A stretch of DNA of 64,000 bases, taken from positions 64,001 to 128,000 of the forward strand of contig CAXXUA010000004.1 in NCBI GenBank assembly GCA_963663765.2, in the 5' to 3' direction. Position 1 is the stretch's first letter. The number at the start of each line of letters is the position of its first letter. Shown here in pieces: positions 57,005-64,000 of this stretch. This DNA comes from Candidatus Poribacteria bacterium (GTDB lineage: Bacteria; Poribacteria; WGA-4E; WGA-3G). The position numbers and the translations under genes are program-made. The notes under the pieces are model-generated. The model ran no database searches. It had not been told where the DNA came from and saw only the letters and a list, made by a program, of their open reading frames with translations.

Positions 57005-57241
57005 TTACGTTTCCGATCCGTTCAATGTCTGTAAGAATGCTTTAACACTGGATATCTGGACTGCTCTGCGGTGCAGCTCAGTTAAACGATCAAGGTCTTG
57101 TATAGACTCAAGTGCTTCTGCCACTGGTTGCACATCGCTCTGTGGAAAACGTTTTGTAAGCACAGACAAGATGTTTTTGGTGGAATTTTCACGTGCACCT
57201 TTCTGCATTAAGTATTCAATAAAGGGAGATTCTTGCATCAT
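57005..57241 (-). CDS. Stand-alone Rpn C-terminal protein (RpnS-like orphan antitoxin)
   Basis: MMQESPF start with a GGAGG RBS, preceded by a remnant QKLITEA coding stretch. Confidence 0.75.
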   Translation of the reverse strand: MMQESPFIEYLMQKGARENSTKNILSVLTKRFPQSDVQPVAEALESIQDLDRLTELHRRAVQISSVKAFLQTLNGSET

Positions 57242-57269
57242 TGCCTCCGTTATAAGTTTTTGATGCTTT

Positions 57270-58175
57270 TTATACTTCCGATGCGTCTAATCCTTGCAGG
57301 AACGTTTCAACGCTGGATGTCCGGATTGCTGTGCAAAGCAGCTCCGTCAAACGATCAAGATCCTCAATAGATCCAAGTGCCTGCTCTATGGATTGCAGAT
57401 CACTCTGTGGAAAGCGTTCGGTTAGCACAGACAAAATATTTCTGATTGCCATTTCACGCGAACCTTGTTCAATACCTACAACTTTACCTTGTTCCGTATA
57501 TTTCTGCATTAAGTGTTCAATAAAGGGTGATTCTTGCATCATTGCCTCCGATATAAGTTTTTGTAAAAATGTAAGGTCATGGGCTAAACTACCCAACGTT
57601 GATAGTGCAAAGAACAGCGTTCCACGTGTTTGTGTGTCAACTGGTGCTGCTTCTGTCTTCTCAATACATTTCTTTAACCATTCCTCCGTATCCATACTTT
57701 CTGGCGGTTTCATCAAAGGCGTAAACGGTAACAAACCAACCGATGCTGCTTCCAAAAACGATTCGCCTTCTAAATCCACCAACCGAATTACCTGATACTT
57801 ATGCTGCAAACCGAATTCATCATTTCCATAACTATAACCGCCAGGGTCAGTCTCTCCAGCATTTGGACTTAGATATATCACCACCGAATACACGGGGAGT
57901 TCATGACGTAGCAGGAGTTCACTTGCATAAGCGAGTACACGCAACGGCATCGGTTTATCTCTGCTATCCTCGGTTTGCACCTCTATGTGAAGCAGGACTG
58001 TCTCGTTGTGCCATAGCACCTTAAATGTCATGTCATTGCGATGCACCTTAACCGTTTGTTGCTCGGTGTCCAGTGTCTCTAAAACTTGGACATCGGGTGT
58101 GCCAAAGGATAGCATGGCGAATTCATCGGCGAACTGGTGCATCAGATGCTTTACTATCTCATCGTATTGTGCCAT
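57270..58175 (-). CDS. Rpn/YhgA-like PD-(D/E)XK nuclease copy 2
   Basis: R.D...LLHIEVQ...MP.R...Y motif; internal GGAGG-ATG at 57542. Confidence 0.85.
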   Translation of the reverse strand: MAQYDEIVKHLMHQFADEFAMLSFGTPDVQVLETLDTEQQTVKVHRNDMTFKVLWHNETVLLHIEVQTEDSRDKPMPLRVLAYASELLLRHELPVYSVVIYLSPNAGETDPGGYSYGNDEFGLQHKYQVIRLVDLEGESFLEAASVGLLPFTPLMKPPESMDTEEWLKKCIEKTEAAPVDTQTRGTLFFALSTLGSLAHDLTFLQKLISEAMMQESPFIEHLMQKYTEQGKVVGIEQGSREMAIRNILSVLTERFPQSDLQSIEQALGSIEDLDRLTELLCTAIRTSSVETFLQGLDASEV

Positions 58176-58182
58176 GCTATGT

Positions 58183-58210
58183 GTTATACCGTAGTTTTAG
58201 AAAATGTCAA
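58183..58210 (-). promoter_or_regulatory. Promoter for Rpn copy 2, probably leaderless
   Basis: TTGACA-16nt-TATAAC, then 7 nt to the ATG. Confidence 0.55.
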
Positions 58211-58213
58211 AGA

Positions 58214-58297
58214 TTTCGCTTTGTTTGACGTCCGTTTGGCGCATATCACAAGGTCAACGTTTGCACTCACGAGGACGGAGGCTTTGGGCTGCTGCAT
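58214..58297 (-). pseudogene. Duplicated 5' fragment of rbsK
   Basis: ATGCAGCAGCCCAAAGCCTCCGTCCTCGTGAGTGCAAACGTTGACCTTGTG... matches the rbsK start. Confidence 0.85.
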
Positions 58298-58301
58298 TGG
58301 T

Positions 58302-59171
58302 TTACGTTTCCGATCCGTTCAATGCTTGTAAGAATTCTTTAACGCTGGATATCTGGACTGCTGTGCGAAGCAGCTTTGTCAAACGATCAAGGTCTTGAAT
58401 AGAATCAAGTGCCTGTGATACAGGTTGCAGATCGCTCTGTGGAAAGCGTTCGGTTAGCACAGACTGAATATTATTAATAGAATTTTCACGTGCACCTTTC
58501 TGCATTAAGTATTCAATAAAGGGAGATTCTTGCATCATTGCCTCCGATATTAGTTTTTGTAAAAATGTAAGGTCATGGGCTAAACTACCCAACGTTGATA
58601 GCGCAAAGAACAGCGTTCCACGCGTTTGCGTGTCAACTGGTGCTGCTTCTGTCTTCTCAATACATTTCTTTAACCATTCCTCCGTATCCATACTTTCTGG
58701 CGGTCTCATCAAAGGTGTGAACGGTAACAATCCAACCGATGCTGCTTCCAAAAACGATTCGCCTTCTAAATCCGCCAACCGAATTACCTGATACTTATGC
58801 TGCAAACCGAATTCATCATTTCCATAACTATAACCGCCTGGGTCAGTCTCTCCAGCATTTGGACTTAGATATATCACCACCGAATACACGGGGAGTTCAT
58901 GACGTAGCAGGAGTTCACTTGCATAAGCGAGTACACGCAACGGCATCGGTTTATCTCTGCTATCCTCGGTTTGCACCTCTATATGCAGAAGGACTGTCTC
59001 GTTGTGCCATAGCACCTTAAAAGTCATGTCATTGCGATGAACCTTTACCGTTTGTTGTTCGGTGTCCAGTGTCTCTAAAACTTGGACATCGGGTGTGCCA
59101 AAGGATAGCATGGCGAATTCATCGGCGAACTGGTGCATCAGATGCTTCACTATTTCATCGTATTGTGCCAT
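58302..59171 (-). CDS. Rpn/YhgA-like PD-(D/E)XK nuclease copy 1
   Basis: Near-identical to copy 2 over the N-terminal ~210 aa; internal GGAGG-ATG at 58538. Confidence 0.85.
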   Translation of the reverse strand: MAQYDEIVKHLMHQFADEFAMLSFGTPDVQVLETLDTEQQTVKVHRNDMTFKVLWHNETVLLHIEVQTEDSRDKPMPLRVLAYASELLLRHELPVYSVVIYLSPNAGETDPGGYSYGNDEFGLQHKYQVIRLADLEGESFLEAASVGLLPFTPLMRPPESMDTEEWLKKCIEKTEAAPVDTQTRGTLFFALSTLGSLAHDLTFLQKLISEAMMQESPFIEYLMQKGARENSINNIQSVLTERFPQSDLQPVSQALDSIQDLDRLTKLLRTAVQISSVKEFLQALNGSET

Positions 59172-59178
59172 GCTATTG

Positions 59179-59208
59179 ATTATACTCAATGGGGTGGTGG
59201 TTTGTCAA
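59179..59208 (-). promoter_or_regulatory. Promoter for Rpn copy 1, probably leaderless
   Basis: TTGACA-18nt-TATAAT, then 7 nt to the ATG; no SD. Confidence 0.65.
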
Positions 59209-59463
59209 GTGGAGTTTTTTTGGGTGGGATGGTGTTGTAATGGATGTCCTGTTTACTTTAGCGATTAATATTTCTACAGCGTATCTCATAAATGCATTTT
59301 TCTTCAAATTCAGCTGATCGAGTGTCCGGTAAATTGAGGTTAGAAACCCCGATTTATGAGATAGGTTGTAAATTACTCAAAGAGTGGATAGGTTCCCCCA
59401 ACTGCCAGAACAGACCTTGAAAGGATGTTATGTTGTGTTTTGGGTTGAAAATATGGTATCCTT

Positions 59464-59672
59464 AACGACTTGTGCCAGTTAACCAATTGTTTATATAGTT
59501 ATCACATATATTAGGTTTATAATGCACACATATCGTCCCTACCAAATCAACGCCAAATGCGCGTATGGCATTTGTCGGGACTGAAGATCGTTTCAAACTA
59601 TGAAGTACACCTGCAAAACGTCATGTTTATGTGAAACAATGATTAACATATTGTTATTTAGCACAACTCGTT
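59464..59672. mobile_element. MITE family E (TIR AACGASTTGTGC)
   Basis: 12-bp TIR with one mismatch; 6-bp duplication ATCCTT; a similar end occurs at 45330. Confidence 0.65.
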
Positions 59673-59762
59673 ATCCTTAAGAAAATGTTGCATTATTTGC
59701 ATTATAATTTCGTGTTTTTGAAAAATATTATAATAGAAACCTTCGCGAAAAAGGAGGGTTAG

Positions 59763-60146
59763 ATGCGGTTGTCACAAGAGGTTATTGCTGATCTGGTTGT
59801 GTTGCTTAGGCGCACTTCTGTGAGTTTGGCATGTGAAGAAGCGGGAGTGAGTGTTGGTTCGTATTATCGTTGGCATTGGGAGTCTCGTAAGCTATCTCGT
59901 CGGCGTGTTCCGAATTCCGTTGATACACCTTATGAGTGTTTGCTTCGTGAGTTCGGCAGGCGGACTCGTGCGTCTCGTAAGCATTATTTGTTGTGTAAGC
60001 GTGTAGTGCAAGGGAAAAAAGGAGCGGTACGAAAACGTAGTGTGAAGTTAGAAAGTGGAGCGGATGTCAATAATCGTAAACGGGTTCACGAACTTTGTAA
60101 GGAGACTGTGTCTCTAACATCATCAAATTTTGATTTTTTGGAGTGA
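59763..60146 (+). CDS. Small basic HTH protein (phage terminase small-subunit-like HTH)
   Basis: AC..AGVS..SYYRW helix-turn-helix; AGGAGG RBS. Confidence 0.6.
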   Translation: MRLSQEVIADLVVLLRRTSVSLACEEAGVSVGSYYRWHWESRKLSRRRVPNSVDTPYECLLREFGRRTRASRKHYLLCKRVVQGKKGAVRKRSVKLESGADVNNRKRVHELCKETVSLTSSNFDFLE

Positions 60147-60149
60147 GAA

Positions 60150-61223
60150 ATGAATAAGAAGTTGAAGTCTAATTGGGTAAAACATGATAAAGAACCAGAA
60201 TCTAACATTAATATGTTTGACATAACTGGGGTCGGTTTTCTGGAATTACCGGAGGCATTTGCGTTGTATCATCCGTTTGTTTTGGAGCAGCGTTTTCCAT
60301 CAGAGATGCCTATGTCGGTGCAGGAGAAATTTCTTCAATCGGGTTTTATGAAGATGGAAGGTATGGCTTGGATGTTGAGTTTGATCGGGCATCGTAAGTG
60401 TGTGGAAGATACGGACAAAATCGGTGTGGGTATCAAGGGTGAAGTTACCTTTGCAAAAATTCACGATGCTTATAGAAATTATTTTGACAAGAAACCGTAT
60501 CGGGACTATGACCTCAATCACATTGATTACAAAGAAAACTGTCGGAAATGGATGGACGAACTGCTTTATCCGTATTATCGTAAGTTCCTTTCGTCTTCGT
60601 TGCGGGAGGTAGTTGTACGGGGGCATGCACGTGGATTGTCTACGACAGCGGTGATTAATGATTTGATTCTTACGGATGATGATTTGTCGCCGTTTGCGTT
60701 GTGGAAGTTAGACGATATTTGCGGTTCGGATCGGCTTCGTAGATATCTTCATCCGCAGTTGGTGTATTTGAAATCGTCTAATCCTCGTTTTCCGAAGAAA
60801 TATCGGGGAGTATGGGATGATGAGCGTGAGCGTTTTCAGCGGGCGTTGACGAGTGTACCGATGTCGACGGTAGTGGAGCAGGTACAAGCATTGTCTGATC
60901 ATTATGAAAAGTTGGTTGATGCGCGAGATTCTGTGAAGGATCCGAAGGATTTGGTGTCGTTATCGAATGCGATTGTTAAAACGGTAGCGGGTATGTTTAG
61001 GTTGACGCGTGATCCTGTTTACCGGGATCAGTTGGATTCTTTGAAGGATCAAAATACTTTGGAAATGCTAAGTGCAGAGTCGCTTGATGAGATTGGTTCA
61101 TCTGAAATGCAGTCGTTTGCGCCGTCTAAGGTTGCGGCACTGGATACGCCTGCTTTGGATGTGCCTGCTGAGGAGAAAGCGGTACAGAAAGTTGAGGAGA
61201 ATGTGACAATAGAAGCAAAGTAA
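60150..61223 (+). CDS. Hypothetical protein with a DUF2280-like segment
   Basis: 357-aa ORF; KKY...W...RERF......VP......Q..AL recalls phage DUF2280 proteins (from memory, unverified). Confidence 0.55.
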   Translation: MNKKLKSNWVKHDKEPESNINMFDITGVGFLELPEAFALYHPFVLEQRFPSEMPMSVQEKFLQSGFMKMEGMAWMLSLIGHRKCVEDTDKIGVGIKGEVTFAKIHDAYRNYFDKKPYRDYDLNHIDYKENCRKWMDELLYPYYRKFLSSSLREVVVRGHARGLSTTAVINDLILTDDDLSPFALWKLDDICGSDRLRRYLHPQLVYLKSSNPRFPKKYRGVWDDERERFQRALTSVPMSTVVEQVQALSDHYEKLVDARDSVKDPKDLVSLSNAIVKTVAGMFRLTRDPVYRDQLDSLKDQNTLEMLSAESLDEIGSSEMQSFAPSKVAALDTPALDVPAEEKAVQKVEENVTIEAK

Positions 61224-61379
61224 TACCATTTCTCATCTATAATGTTTCATTATCATGTCGGAAGAACCCTCACCCTCCCATACGCTATCGCTATGGGAAC
61301 CCTTCCCTCTTATCAGAGTAGGACTTCATCACCCTTGCATGCGGGGGGAGAAAGGGAGGAAATCAAATAGAAATGGTAT
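61223..61379. repeat. Possible MITE (11-bp IR ATACCATTTCT) with an internal purine/pyrimidine hairpin
   Basis: ATACCATTTCT...AGAAATGGTAT; single copy in the window. Confidence 0.35.
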
Positions 61380-61578
61380 ATGATAGTATCAGGACAGACG
61401 CAAACTGAACAGATAAAGGGAATATTGGGGTTAAAAAGCCGTTACTTCAGGATTTTAACCCTAAATTCTCTTATCAAGGGACTTTATGAGAAAATGCATA
61501 AGTTTTGACTATGACGTATCCATAAATCAGTTTTGATTTCTACACAACAAACAAAATTGGATGGAGTCTGTTCAATAT

Positions 61579-64000
61579 GTTTCAATCTCGAAATCGAGAT
61601 ACTTCTGATTTAAAGCAACAACATTAATTACATTATCAGATGATGTAAGTGATGTTTCAATCTCGTAATCGAGATACTTCTGATTATAAGCAAGAGGAAC
61701 GCTTGGCAGGGTTATTCAGTTTTCAATTTATTGAGTAAATTCTATCACCGTTGTTAATCCTTGAGTTAGCTTATTTTTGGGAGTTAACCCATTGTTTGTC
61801 TGAACCAGGATTTTCAGGATTACCAGATTTTCAGGATTTACCTCGTCAAGGGTTTTTGATATTTGTTTATGCCCTCTTTTGGAATAGGATCTGATGAGAA
61901 ATATCTTGATAATCTACTAATCCTGAAAATCCTAGTTCAGACCAAAATCAAGAATACCATAAAAATCCTATATAATTACTAATCTTAACCCAAAGTTAAC
62001 TGGCATAACGATAGATTCTTAAAACTGAATAACCCTGAACGCTTGGGACACGGGGAACTCGTGGAACTCACGGGTTTCAATCTCGTAATCGAGATACTTC
62101 TGATTTCAAGATTCCAAGCGTACATTCTAACGTTGTGGCAAAGTTCATTAAAGTTTCAATCTCGTAATCGAGATACTTCTGATTTCAAGATGGAATTGCT
62201 GGATGCACTGAAAGCAATATCGCCGTTTCAATCTCGTAATCGAGATACTTCTGATTTCAAGAACAGAACAAGGCGCGGGGTCTCCAACACCTAAACTTGC
62301 ACGTTTCAATCTCGTAATCGAGATACTTCTGATTTCAAGATAATTGGTGAAAACATCATTACCGTTACAGCTACAGTTTCAATCTCGTAATCGAGATACT
62401 TCTGATTTCAAGTCAGAAACCTTTGACGGTGAAGCGTATCTATTTCCAAAGTTTCAATCTCGTAATCGAGATACTTCTGATTTCAAGTCAGAAAAATAAT
62501 CCCTCGCTTTTTGTTCAATTGCCGTTTCAATCTCGTAATCGAGATACTTCTGATTTCAAGTGACATACTTTGTTTATGACGCTACAAGTGAAAACTTTGT
62601 TTCAATCTCGTAATCGAGATACTTCTGATTTCAAGTTTTGAAGTGATTGGGAGTAATGACACCTCCCAAACACGATTGTTTCAATCTCGTAATCGAGATA
62701 CTTCTGATTTCAAGTCTCATGTAAGATACCGAAGTTATGCGCGGTTTTTAGTTTCAATCTCGTAATCGAGATACTTCTGATTTCAAGACAACCCTCTGAA
62801 CAAGAAGCATCAAATCACATACAAGTTTCAATCTCGTAATCGAGATACTTCTGATTTCAAGCAAAGATCGTGACTGGTTTATATATCCAATGTTTTGTTT
62901 CAATCTCGTAATCGAGATACTTCTGATTTCAAGGTTAATTTAATCACCTGATGGTTATGCGCGGTTTTGTTTCAATCTCGTAATCGAGATACTTCTGATT
63001 TCAAGTTCTCCGTAGTCAAGCATATCTGCCTTGTAAGATTCGTTTCAATCTCGTAATCGAGATACTTCTGATTTCAAGAAAGCATTAGCACCCGTAGACC
63101 CAACGAACCACGTAAAGTTTCAATCTCGTAATCGAGATACTTCTGATTTCAAGCCTGGGTCTTGATTGTTCCAGCAGGCTTTCTAAAAAGTTTCAATCTC
63201 GTAATCGAGATACTTCTGATTTCAAGTGAGTTCGCATAATCGGGGGGTGTAAAAACCTCACAGTTTCAATCTCGTAATCGAGATACTTCTGATTTCAAGT
63301 TCATTTTCGGTTTCACGTGCTTGTCGTATTTCCTCGTTTCAATCTCGTAATCGAGATACTTCTGATTTCAAGTAAACATATACAATACACAACAAAATAA
63401 CACACAAGTTTCAATCTCGTAATCGAGATACTTCTGATTTCAAGGCAAGATCTGATATGTTTCCTGTAATATCTCCTAAGTTTCAATCTCGTAATCGAGA
63501 TACTTCTGATTTCAAGTAATATAAGCATACTATAAGAGAGGCGCACTCAATAAGTTTCAATCTCGTAATCGAGATACTTCTGATTTCAAGAATACCTTGT
63601 GGGGTTTCAATAATGCGGGTAATTCTGGCTTGTTTCAATCTCGTAATCGAGATACTTCTGATTTCAAGTAAGCACCATTAAGGTAAAACTCGGTCTGATT
63701 GTCGTTTCAATCTCGTAATCGAGATACTTCTGATTTCAAGAGTCGGATTCATATCAGCAACGGCTAAATACTTCCCATGTTTCAATCTCGTAATCGAGAT
63801 ACTTCTGATTTCAAGTCATGATAAAATCGCTTGATAATCGCCTCGCCTCCATGTTTCAATCTCGTAATCGAGATACTTCTGATTTCAAGGAAATTATACG
63901 GTCTCTTGACGGATGGACAAGCATGAGTTTCAATCTCGTAATCGAGATACTTCTGATTTCAAGGCCTCAAATACTTCTTTTATTGCTTTTATTTCCTCAT
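61579..64000 (-). CRISPR. CRISPR array, at least 28 repeats of 37 bp, truncated by the window end
   Basis: Repeat GTTTCAATCTCGTAATCGAGATACTTCTGATTTCAAG with unique spacers of about 35-43 nt. The two leftmost repeats are degenerate (trailer end) and the minus strand ends in ATTGAAAC. Confidence 0.98.
61707..62037. mobile_element. MITE family B, copy 3, inserted in a CRISPR spacer
   Basis: 17-bp perfect TIR CAGGGTTATTCAGTTTT; perfect 9-bp duplication AACGCTTGG; interior unrelated to copies 1 and 2. Confidence 0.92.

Noticed and set aside
59763-61223. cas genes next to the CRISPR array
   Set aside because: No Cas1/2/3/6/7, RuvC or HEPN motifs recognised, and they lie on the trailer side.
62262-62302. 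Self-targeting spacer matching the REP GCGGGGTCTCC near 45197
   Set aside because: Only 11 nt match.

Overview
AT-rich bacterial chromosomal window. The TPR/LRR/LamG secreted proteins with a C-terminal TTxWGxLK motif, PhyH and FGE-family genes and dense REP/MITE content suggest Candidatus Poribacteria (inference). Housekeeping genes: serA, mqnE-mqnA, fur, hpt-tilS-tRNA(CAU), GGGP synthase-grpE-dnaJ-prmA, trpD-trpC, birA, rbsK. Accessory features: (1) a split ORF that reads as one thioredoxin/PDZ selenoprotein with two in-frame UGA codons (R-U-V-P-U-V-S-C) and a SECIS-like hairpin; (2) a Ro60/Rsr gene preceded by two Y RNAs, a permuted-tRNA YrlA and a 57-nt minimal one; (3) a tandem Rpn nuclease array with internal antitoxin starts, two orphan C-terminal ORFs and duplicated rbsK 5' fragments; (4) an apparently intact tnpB-only IS200/IS605 element; (5) a CRISPR array with at least 28 repeats, running off the window, with a MITE inside one spacer; (6) several nested MITE families with clear target duplications, two REP-derived tandem arrays (11 and about 47 copies), and a 34-36-nt covarying hairpin micro-insertion that lands inside REPs. 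All coordinates and counts were read by eye; no database searches were run.
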